Below, in pieces: positions 54,342-64,000 of a stretch of DNA of 64,000 bases (position 1 is its first letter; each line of letters starts with the position of its first letter). Location of the stretch: assembly GCA_024704765.1 (NCBI GenBank), contig JAKMXF010000354.1, positions 47,690 through 111,689 of the forward strand. The letters are read 5' to 3'. The position numbers and the translations under genes are program-made. The notes under the pieces were generated by a model, which was not told the origin of the DNA, did no database searches, and was given only the letters and a program-made list of their open reading frames with translations. The stretch comes from Oopsacas minuta. Taxonomy: Eukaryota; Animalia; Porifera.

Positions 54342-55932
54342 GGAATACCGACAATTCGCACCGCGACAATTCGCACCACCGACAATTCGCACCTAATTTG
54401 ATTGGCCTACTGTGTCCACTTGCCCAGCCTCAACAGATGCTTCTGGACTTTGAGAAGGGCGCGATTACCAGCTTTGAGCATGTCTGGCCTAACACAGTAG
54501 TGAAGTGCTGCTTCTTCCACCTCACACAGAATATCTGGCGACATGTGCAGTCTGTAGGGCTGCAGTCTGCCTACACACATGACGAAGAGTTGGCTATGTG
54601 CATCCGGAGGATACCAGCCCTTGCTTTTGCCCGACCAGCAGACGTACACGATCTGTTTGATCAAGTGGCAATGGACCTCCCCCTTACGTCTGAGATAGGC
54701 GAACTAGTCGACTACTTTGAGAGGACGTATATCGGTCGCACGCTAGCCAGTGGATACCATGTAGCAGCGACGTTCCCCATCGACCTGCATCGACCTGTGG
54801 GACTACCACCTCAGCACGCCCTTCGGGCTCCCCCGTACAACCAACGCCGTGGAGGCATGGCACCACAGCTTCAATGCCACTGTCGGCTGCCATCACCCCA
54901 CCATATGGAAGTTCCTCCTAGCCCTCAAGCGTGAGCAGGGCCTAGTGGAGGTGCGGCATACTAACTACCTCGTTGGCAAGCCACCAACCAAGCGAAGGCG
55001 GTCCCAACAGAGTGAGGAAGCGTTGAAGACTCTAGTTCGTGAATATTATTCTCAAGATCGTTCTAAAATGGAGTTCTTGCAGGGTGTAGCACATCATTTC
55101 AGTCTGGGAACCGATTAACATGTTAATCTAAAGGATTATCTAGCCCTCAAATACATTGATTAGAGATAATCCTTTAGATTAACATGTTAATCGGTTCCCA
55201 GACTGAAATGATGTGCTACACCCTGCAAGAACTCCATTTTAGAACGATCTTGAGAATAATATTCACGAACTAGAGTCTTCAACGCTTCCTCACTCTGTTG
55301 GGACCGCCTTCGCTTGGTTGGTGGCTTGCCAACGAGGTAGTTAGTATGCCGCACCTCCACTAGGCCCTGCTCACGCTTGAGGGCTAGGAGGAACTTCCAT
55401 ATGGTGGGGTGATGGCAGCCGACAGTGGCATTGAAGCTGTGGTGCCATGCCTCCACGGCGTTGGTTGTACGGGGGAGCCCGAAGGGCGTGCTGAGGTGGT
55501 AGTCCCACAGGTCGATGCAGGTCGATGGGGAACGTCGCTGCTACATGGTATCCACTGGCTAGCGTGCGACCGATATACGTCCTCTCAAAGTAGTCGACTA
55601 GTTCGCCTATCTCAGACGTAAGGGGGAGGTCCATTGCCACTTGATCAAACAGATCGTGTACGTCTGCTGGTCGGGCAAAAGCAAGGGCTGGTATCCTCCG
55701 GATGCACATAGCCAACTCTTCGTCATGTGTGTAGGCAGACTGCAGCCCTACAGACTGCACATGTCGCCAGATATTCTGTGTGAGGTGGAAGAAGCAGCAC
55801 TTCACTACTGTGTTAGGCCAGACATGCTCAAAGCTGGTAATCGCGCCCTTCTCAAAGTCCAGAAGCATCTGTTGAGGCTGGGCAAGTGGACACAGTAGGC
55901 CAATCAAATTAGGTGCGAATTGTCGGTATTCC
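54342..55932. mobile_element. Palindromic Mutator-like (MULE) deletion derivative
   Basis: 21-bp TIR GGAATACCGACAATTCGCACC, 8-bp TSD GTCGATTA; DFEKGA..CCFFHLTQNIWR..YFERTYIG..EAWH..HPTIWKFL present twice; arms 54378-55141 and 55164-55927. Confidence 0.92.
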
Positions 55933-56563
55933 GTCGATTAAAAGGGAATCACCTTCCGGTACAATCCTATAGTTGTATCCAATTCATGTAATTATCAGAA
56001 TAGAATTCAATTAAACTTTATTCCATAAAATATGTAGCAAAATACATGAATAAAAATCTAAGAAACCAGTATAGTAACTAAAAGACTTTAGTTTTCAATT
56101 TCTCATGCCGAGTAACTTTAGTTTATCCTTTAGGTTAGCCATTTCTGACATATCTTAATAATAATTATCTTGCGACCCATTACGCTCAAGTTGCTCCTAA
56201 CCGATTTTGTGTAGTTTTCCCTTTTTGTGAATACGTACTCCTCTACTCGTCACACTCACGTATTTATATAAATATTGTGACCTCCCACGTCGAAACTTAT
56301 AACTTACTGAATCAGGGCTCTCAACTCTCGCGATCTCGTCACTTGTGCGTGTCACATGATTTCGCGTCTGTACATACAACAAAATCCCTAGTCTATTCAT
56401 AGAAAACTAATACTAAATCATAAATATTTCAGCGTGAGATTTTTCACGAATCTCACGATTTTGAAAGTCCCTGAGAGCTATAGCCCTGCTAAGCCATTAA
56501 GATATTTTCAAATTTCTTTTCTCAACTTTATTTGCCTCACTGTCACTTTCAGTATAACTAAGA

Positions 56564-58819
56564 ATGAATAATCAAAATTCCAGACGAGACTACCCTTTAG
56601 ACCGCGATGATGAAGAATACCCTCCTGGCCCTCCCGCTAATCCTCAACGCCAGCAATCTGCGCCTACAACTGTATACGATCCAGCCGGATATACTGTCAA
56701 GCAGCCATCACCTGGAAAAAGGGATGCCATAATGAGATGTGCACAAGAGGGGGAAAGGAAATATGAGGAGTATATTGGTATTAAAGCTCAGAAATCTAGG
56801 TAATGATACAATCATACTATAAATAGTTCATTACTATGTTCTATTTTTCAGTAGAATATTTTTATTTCTATTTATATACAAACCAATTTTTAAAGACATC
56901 ATAGTTTACCTGCCCCGGCGGAAGCAAACTTTAATTGATCAGGCCACAGCCGGTCAGGCTATGGCCGTTCCTACCGTATCGGCTCCGCTGGCCATGTTTA
57001 GTATTGTTTAAGTTTATATTGTGCTGACTTATTCTATAGAATAGTGCGCCAGTATTGAAATTACTGCCTATATTTTTCTTTTGTGTTTTCTTCAATCGTA
57101 TACGGTGCACTGCCAAAACCATAATAGATTAAGGGCTGATACTTTCAGGATACATTTTTCTACAGGCTTTGTATGAGGTTTATGGTTAATATAATAGTAG
57201 TAGCAAAATCGTAGTAGGAGGTGATATATGTACAATATATAGTGGTTTATAGAATTCAACAACTTAGTAGACATTAGCGTGACGTCATAAACAACAGAAA
57301 TTTGAAACGCGAATAAATCTCAATAACGATAACAGTTAAATATACATTTGGCAGAATTATAATGTTTATTATAATTTACAATAAACTGCCAGCGTAGCGA
57401 GCAAAAATCTAAAATTACAACCTGTGCCGACAGCTTAGTCTGTTAATTAAATTTGTTTAAAGTGGTACTAGAATTGGAGGCACTATGAATGTTAAATTTA
57501 ACTCAATACACATAGTGCCTCCAATTACTAGTACCAATCTAAACAAATTAATAATAGACTAAGCTGTTGGCACAGGTGTAATTTTATATTTGTGGTATTC
57601 CAAATATTCCCTTGATTGTTTTCAACGGATAACATTGTACATTGTAACTGACAACCAAATCCTGAGCTGCACTCTGGTATTGAATTACAGAATAGAATAA
57701 TCTATGACAACAAATACTTAATTTTAGTAGAACCTCGTTTGTTCTTAAACCGCAGAATTTTATCTTTCTGTATACCTCTGTATACGTGATATTATTCTTT
57801 GTAATTGATATTAGAGAGGTAACACGAGGTCCTCCTAAAATAATTGGAGGTAGACCGTTAAGTCAAACTGAACTTCAGGAAAAGTGGAGACTTACGGAAA
57901 GGGAAGGGAAGAGGAATCAACTTCTAGCAGAGTATGAGAAGAAACAGAGGCGGGCACAGTACCAGCGTGATGAGAAAGAGAAAGAGGAGAGACAAATCAA
58001 AGGGAAGAAGCAAAAAGCCAGAGAGTTAGCTTTGAAGCAACAGAGAGATGAGAGAGATCGTGATTTAGCTCATCAGCAAGTTATGAGGGAACAGAGGATG
58101 TGTCAGTTCTATCAACCATCAATGTAAGAATCCTGTATTATCGTGTTTTTATAAATGAAGGAAAATTCGTCCAGAAACACCCAATCAAGTATTGCCACTA
58201 ATTCAGGCTAAATAACCACTCCAATAAATCCAAGACTACATCTAAATATCCTACAGTGACGAATTTTCCGATAACTTATTTATGATGGGATTTATAATAT
58301 GTTACTGTATACTGTCTTTCCCCGACTAGTAGGCCTCGAGAATATGCGGAAGCAGGGAGTGATACTCCAATTCGCAGGGATTTGTATTTAGTATTTCAGC
58401 TCAACTGGTAGCCTAGCTACCTCACTTAATTTTCTTTTATTAACTAATTGTATAATGAGAGGTTAATATTTTTAGAACTTCCTCTCAGCCATATTACACA
58501 TACAGTATACTTTACCTATAGGTCATCTCAGAATCAATCATCATGTAAGCTATCTAGAGCTGAACAGATTGAAAAACAGAAGATAGAAGAACAGGAGTTT
58601 ATTAAACAGCAAAAAATAGCAGAGATGGCTAAAAGGAAAAGAAGGATAGATTATAAGAGTGAAGAAAAACGAAAGGAAGAGACAGAAATCCAGGATAAGA
58701 AAATGCGAGCTAGAGAGTTAGCCAATAAGCAAGCTAGCGAACAGAAAGAACTTCATATTGCTCAGACTGAAGAAATGAGGCAACGAAGGTTGCAACGCTA
58801 TGATAAGCATTATAACTAA
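56564..58819 (+). CDS. EPSTI1: EPSTI1-like coiled-coil protein; exons 56564-56799, 57815-58123, 58522-58819
   Basis: YTVKQPSPGKRDAIMRCAQEG..PPKIIGGRPLSQTELQEK..K-QKARELA pattern recalled from EPSTI1; splice phases are consistent. Confidence 0.6.
57411..57585. repeat. Imperfect fold-back (about 76-bp arms, 23-nt loop) in EPSTI1 intron 1
   Basis: 57411-57487 pairs with 57511-57585 with a few mismatches and bulges. Confidence 0.85.
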
Positions 58820-59242
58820 AGGAAAATTCTTCTAATTCTTCATCAAAATGAACATAAATATTTATAGTTTCTATTTATGTAATTCATATTTTGTTATAAT
58901 TTAAATTATTTACTTAACGGATGTATATTGAGGAATATTTATATTTAATATAAGCTAAAAATTATCACCAGCTCTGTAGTAATCAAGGACCATTCTTCTT
59001 GTAATTATGGAAAGCTACGAGTGCTTCATATGGAGAGGGGTTGCCTAGGCCTGAATATTTATGTTTAAAGGTTACTCTTTTGAGCTTCCCTGTTACATAA
59101 AATTGACTTAACTATACTTGTGATATTGAGTTTAGTTGATACCTCATCTAACCAAATTTAGATATAAATAGGCAGGATAATGGGCTCATTGTTAATAGTA
59201 AACTAAGCCTGACTAAGCAAACAACAGATAAAGGACGAAATA

Positions 59243-60790
59243 ATGGAGAGTTCTTCTGAAACAATACTTACTGAATCTACTGAAAGTAGAAGTGAGGAAG
59301 ATCCCTTGTTAGGAGTTAATCACAGAGAAAATTCTTCTAAATTTACTGTAGAGGATGCTCTAAATAAAATAGGAATAGGTATATTCCAATTGAATGTGTT
59401 TTGCTTTTCAGGTTTACTATGGTCAGCACAATCTATTGTGACACTTCAATTCGCATTGCTGAGTCCCTCATGGCAGTGCGAGTTCCAGCTTATGAACACA
59501 GAACTTGCTATTATCACAACAATGTATCCTCTTGGCAATTTGGTCGGATCATTTCCTATCGGATTTCTATGTGATAAATACGGTAGAAGGAAAGTAATAA
59601 ATATAGCAACTATATTTATAATATATTTTGCTCTCATGTCTGCCTTCGTCCCGAGTTTTTATTGGGTCGTAGTGTTGCGATTCCTATTGGGAATGCTAGG
59701 AATTTCGGGAAACCAAGCAGCGACATATTGTGTTGAATTCATGCCAGTTTGGTTCAGGTCTCCTTCTATTGTTTTGTTAAATATATTCTGGACTTTTGGC
59801 ACTTTTCTATTAATCCTTCTTTGCTATTTGATAATACCGGTGTTAGGATGGAGGTATCTTGTTTTTATTTCAGCTTTTCCATTGATGATCCTACCCTTGT
59901 ATTATTGGATTGTCCCTATTTCTCCTCGTTTCTTAATGCTGAAAGGAAGGAAGAACGAAGCTAGGAAAGTTTTGGAATTTGGTGCAAAGTTGAATTGCAG
60001 AAAGCTCCCAGAAGGAGAATTAGTTAAGGAGATTAAACCTGTGACTCAGCAAGCTATTAATGCAGATGATACAGTGAATAGAATTGCAGATTTAACTCCA
60101 TCTCACCAGAACATTAAAAAAGAAGAGAAGAGAGGTATTTTGGATGCATTTAACAGAAAATATATTATCACTACTATTTTTCTGAGCCTTATTTGGTTTA
60201 CCAGTGCCTTCGTGTATTATGGAGTTGTTCTGATTACTACTGATATATTCACATACGACCATCATTGTCATTCTGCTTCTGACAGAAGCAATTCTTCTGG
60301 CAGTCAAATTAACTCACAGTTCTGCAATCCTCTAACTTCCAGTGATTATCTGGAGTATATCATCACCTCAGCAGCTGAGATACCTGGGATTTTTATCACG
60401 CTAGTTATTGTTGATATTATTGGTCGAAAGCTTACCTTTGCGATACAATTCGCAAGTGGTGCATTATTTTTTTTACTGTATATTTGTACTCCTTATGAGT
60501 ATGTTTTAAAAACTGGCATTCTCTTTACAGTACGAGCCTGTCTAGCTGGTGCTTTTGTTGTCTCATTTCTCTACACAGGAGAAGTGTATCCAACCTACAT
60601 GAGGGCAAGCATTTTATCTATTTTGAGTATTTTCGCTAGAATCTCCTCTATACTTACTAGCTTCTCAGCTCAAGTACTGTTACGATCTGATTTCTTAGTG
60701 GCTATTAGTTTATTTGGTGGATTGGGGGTTTTCACTGCAATCATTAGCTTATTGCTTCCCCACGAAACGAAGGGGAAAAAGCTTGAATAA
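59243..60790 (+). CDS. SVOP: SV2-related MFS transporter, intronless
   Basis: About 12 TMs, CDKYGRRK, DIIGRK, YTGEVYPTYMRA, LLPHETKGKKL. Confidence 0.85.
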   Translation: MESSSETILTESTESRSEEDPLLGVNHRENSSKFTVEDALNKIGIGIFQLNVFCFSGLLWSAQSIVTLQFALLSPSWQCEFQLMNTELAIITTMYPLGNLVGSFPIGFLCDKYGRRKVINIATIFIIYFALMSAFVPSFYWVVVLRFLLGMLGISGNQAATYCVEFMPVWFRSPSIVLLNIFWTFGTFLLILLCYLIIPVLGWRYLVFISAFPLMILPLYYWIVPISPRFLMLKGRKNEARKVLEFGAKLNCRKLPEGELVKEIKPVTQQAINADDTVNRIADLTPSHQNIKKEEKRGILDAFNRKYIITTIFLSLIWFTSAFVYYGVVLITTDIFTYDHHCHSASDRSNSSGSQINSQFCNPLTSSDYLEYIITSAAEIPGIFITLVIVDIIGRKLTFAIQFASGALFFLLYICTPYEYVLKTGILFTVRACLAGAFVVSFLYTGEVYPTYMRASILSILSIFARISSILTSFSAQVLLRSDFLVAISLFGGLGVFTAIISLLLPHETKGKKLE

Positions 60791-60943
60791 TTAATTAAGT
60801 TTATATATTCGCATAAACATACTTGTTTTCCACATCTGTATACTTTGTATATTTATCGTATTTATGCAAAAGCAACATTTGTATCTATTTTATTCAACCT
60901 CAATTGTTGTAATTATTTATTTGTTGTTTATTTACGATATTTC

Positions 60944-61120
60944 TAGGGCTTTAGGCGATCACAATCACGATCGTTCACTAAAAAATGATCGGAGATAGTT
61001 ACCCCGATCTTGCGCCAAAAAGGATCGCGATCATGTTCACGATCATTTCCGATCACTTTTCTGAAAATTATAAGCGCCTCCCATGGCTTACTATAGATAC
61101 GGCTTGCTGAGCAAAGAATT
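60944..61120. mobile_element. hAT-like terminal fragment with GATC-rich subterminal repeats
   Basis: TAGGGCTTTAGGCGATCAC then many CGATC motifs; the other end was not found. Confidence 0.4.
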
Positions 61121-61891
61121 GCCAAAATTATTTCCAGGCCATTGATAATATTAAAAATGATCATGAAGAATTCACAAATCGGCACGAAATAAATTATTAT
61201 TAGGTTATCACATACGACCAGGCCAGGCGGAAGCTCGCGAGAGGTGGGGCGGTCTTGAATTGTGTAGATCGCAGAGTAAATAAAGTTAATTTGAGGGGAT
61301 CGAGAACCCCTCAAATATACACTACGATTATGAAATGGAGTCTTAAAGTTTGAGAACAACTCCCATAGAGATTACTTTGTTCCAAATGCAGATCAAAGTT
61401 AAGCATAAGTTATGGCTGTTAAAATTAAGTGATCAAATAAATATATCTAATTCTGTAATAGTAATTTATTAACAAAATTGTAATTCTACTATAGAAGATT
61501 CTCCAGCTTGAACTCGATGCCAAACACATATTTCCTGTGATCGTGGCCATCGCGCTAACTCAAATATAAAAAACTGAATTATATCAAAAGATCAGAGAAA
61601 TATTATCGCGAACCACGCCCGAGGAATTTTATGTACCGAAAGATTCACATAAAAAGTGGGGCGGCTCGGGCCGCCCTGCTCCGCCGGCCCTGCATACGAC
61701 AGAGACATCTAGAACACATTTGAGCATGATTGGTCAGTAAATCTAACCACAATGACCAGTGGCGTCGTGCTATATGTGCCTGGAAGGTCCAGTAAACAAA
61801 ATATCATATTACCATTAAAATATTAGTAACTATTCACAGCATATAAAGCTATGTACTAAATTACTCGCTTCAGATTTCATATATTGAAGTA

Positions 61892-63130
61892 ATGGCAACT
61901 AAAATAGATCTTAATGATGATGTTGATCTGGATACATTTGAAAACATTAAAGGAAAAATTGAGGAGGTTTTTGACAATTTGTCTTTTCGAATACAAAAGA
62001 GAAAAAATTTTCTTCTCCAACTAGTAATAATACTAAAAGACAAGTATGAAAATATGGAAATCACACGATTGGCGAGGATAGATGACTTAACGAAAGCCCA
62101 ATACTCTGCAGAGCAAATTAGTTTGAGACGTAATGAGAACGTTTCAATACGTGAGGAGATAGCTAAAATGTTTAGGAATAGACACGATGTTTTAAAGATT
62201 CCAACACCTTTTCCCACTCTTACATTCAATACATCACTTTTAACAGATCTGCAAAATATGATAAATAGTTTTGGCGAAGTGTTGGAATGCGACTCCATCG
62301 ACTATTCATTGAAAGAAGAACCTAAAGTAGCTATTGGAAAGAATGGAAAGAGGAAAGGAGAGTTTAATTCTCCGAGGGGTATAGCTATTAATGAAAATGA
62401 AGGAAACATATTTGTAGCTGATCGCGAAAATAGTAGGATGCAAGTTTTAACAATGGAAGGCGGATGCGTATGTGAATTTGGGAAGGATGAGCTCAAGAGT
62501 CCTTACGGTGTAGCTGTCAATGATGAGCATATATTCATTACTGATACATTCCATCATGCTGTATTCAAATACAGCTGTTCTCCTATTCAGTTTGTAGGTA
62601 AGGCAGGGACTAAAGGGAAATCTGATGGACAGCTTAACAAACCATGCGGCTTGTCAGTGGACGCGAGTGGGGATGTGTACATAACTGAATATTGGAATTA
62701 CAGAGTATCCATATTTACGAAAAACCTGGAATTTATTAAATTTATCGGTAATGATATTCTTGTGCATCCAAAAGACGTGAAGCTAACATATTCTTTGGTG
62801 ATAGTGTTAGACTTGAGTTTTCATTGCATACATTATTTCAATCGTAATGGAAATCATCTTAGCTCCTGCGTTACACAAGGATACCAGCAGCAGTGCTTAG
62901 TATACGATCCGTTCTTTTTCTGTCTGGACGATTCCGAAAATATTATCATTAGCGACAGACTTAACAATTGCATCAAGATTGTTTCGAAATCTGGTGATTT
63001 GTTACAAACCATAGGAAGGAAAGGGAAAGAGAAAGGACAGTTGACTAAACCAAAAGGGATTTGCATTACTAAGTCTGGGAAAATATTTGTTACTTCTGAT
63101 AATCCTAAGTATGCTCTACAATCATTCTGA
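61892..63130 (+). CDS. Coiled-coil + NHL-repeat (TRIM71/TRIM3-like beta-propeller) protein without RING/B-box
   Basis: FNSPRGIA, VADRENSRMQV, LKSPYGVAV, LNKPCGLSVD, IISDRLNNCIK, LTKPKGICI. Confidence 0.88.
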   Translation: MATKIDLNDDVDLDTFENIKGKIEEVFDNLSFRIQKRKNFLLQLVIILKDKYENMEITRLARIDDLTKAQYSAEQISLRRNENVSIREEIAKMFRNRHDVLKIPTPFPTLTFNTSLLTDLQNMINSFGEVLECDSIDYSLKEEPKVAIGKNGKRKGEFNSPRGIAINENEGNIFVADRENSRMQVLTMEGGCVCEFGKDELKSPYGVAVNDEHIFITDTFHHAVFKYSCSPIQFVGKAGTKGKSDGQLNKPCGLSVDASGDVYITEYWNYRVSIFTKNLEFIKFIGNDILVHPKDVKLTYSLVIVLDLSFHCIHYFNRNGNHLSSCVTQGYQQQCLVYDPFFFCLDDSENIIISDRLNNCIKIVSKSGDLLQTIGRKGKEKGQLTKPKGICITKSGKIFVTSDNPKYALQSF

Positions 63131-63838
63131 TATTTTTTCTTATCAAGAACCGAATTGTATTATGATACATTATATGTATATTGTTTGGATATTATGTATA
63201 TGCTGATTATGCTCGTTTGGTCTATTGTACATATTTACCACTTTAGTGATAGTTTATAGAATGATATGCTTTATTTGTGTTCCAATTTCTTACTGATTAG
63301 AATAATGATTCCTATTCATAATCGTATTATTCGGAATTATTCTTCTCCTCACTTCATCCAAATTATGGATGTTTTACTACCGTCTATTTTAATCCCCTTG
63401 ACAATTACAGTGCAACCTCGGAATTACAGTCACCCTTGGGACCGAGAAAATTGTCTGAATTTCGGGGTGGCCGTAATTGTAAAAGTATTCAAATATTCTC
63501 TCAAAATTGTATCAGAAATCCATTATACTTTATCATACTAACTTTAGTTAAGAGTATAATTATTGTTGCTCTCACGACAATAATTATCAAATTTGATATG
63601 TTGACAGTATTTTTGTCATTTTTTGTAGGTAGATTACACCTCATTGTGTTTTTATCGTTTTTATTAATATCAACAATATGTATCATGACGTACCATTGTT
63701 ATAAGAAATTAACCGTAATTCCAGGGTTAATAATACGTCGAGTTACGCACTAATACAATGCCTGTATTCTGAATTACATTTATGTAAACTGAAGTAAGCA
63801 TATAACAAATTTATATTTTTATCTGAATATAAATAGCT

Positions 63839-63958
63839 ATGAGTGTTACTTCATTGAGCCCAGCCCATCATCCTGTATTCAACGTGTTTGGAGACTACTT
63901 CTGGAGTTCTGACAGAAATATAACGGAGGGAGTGAATGTGTTGTATGAAGCTTCTAAG
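63839..63958 (+). CDS. First exon of a probable F-BAR protein (GAS7/PSTPIP/FCHO-like); continues beyond the window
   Basis: MSVTSLSPAHHPVFNVFGDYFWSSDRNITEGVNVLYEASK|GTAAGT matches the F..xFW....G..VL F-BAR start. Confidence 0.5.
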
Positions 63959-64000
63959 GTAAGTTTAAACAACACTAAACAATTGACTGAGCTATTTCAG

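Larger units (their letters stand above)
51240..55980. mobile_element. Composite element with about 290-bp TIRs enclosing a Merlin transposase and MITEs; right TIR split by a Mutator insertion
   Basis: 51240-51526 matches the reverse complement of 54095-54341 plus 55941-55980 with few differences; termini GG...CC; no TSD found. Confidence 0.75.

Noticed and set aside
53351-54393. CRISPR-like short repeats (CAACTCATT array; triple GACAATTCGCACC)
   Set aside because: No unique spacers or cas genes; both lie within elements with TIRs and TSDs.
22364-63066. Antisense or alternate-frame ORFs inside KDM1A, ABCG, ACVR1, SVOP, NHL, Merlin and MULE
   Set aside because: Shadows of recognisable genes, with no motifs of their own.
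63266-63753. Hydrophobic ORFs after the NHL gene
   Set aside because: Low-complexity AT-rich intergenic frames without motifs.

Overview
AT-rich, gene-dense animal nuclear DNA with few, short introns. The long divergent rDNA, compact mostly intronless genes and the stand-alone NHL gene best fit a sponge, probably a glass sponge (Hexactinellida, Oopsacas-like); this is inference, not a database match. Host genes in order: a Trl1/T4-Rnl1-type RNA-ligase-like protein, PHF14-like, KDM1A (one frameshift), SEC23IP/DDHD, a DUF72 protein, a NEK-like kinase, SPC25, an ABCG half-transporter, PSMD12 with an antisense THEG/SPMAP2-like gene nested in intron 2, an ACVR1-like TGF-beta type I receptor, RMND1, EPSTI1-like, SVOP-like, an NHL-repeat protein, and the first exon of an F-BAR protein. 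One 18S-5.8S-28S unit lies among these genes. Mobile DNA includes hAT, Merlin, Mutator, Ginger, Helitron-like, Tc1/pogo MITEs and an R2-like remnant. Main leads: (1) 15 of 16 genes share one strand and many start codons sit just behind an unpaired splice acceptor, as expected for SL trans-splicing and operon-like transcription; (2) the stand-alone RNA ligase; (3) a palindromic Mutator derivative resembling Mu killer; (4) a bacterial-type DUF72 gene. A perfect Nextera/Tn5 mosaic end at 24955-24973 warns of assembly artefacts. All alignments were done by eye.
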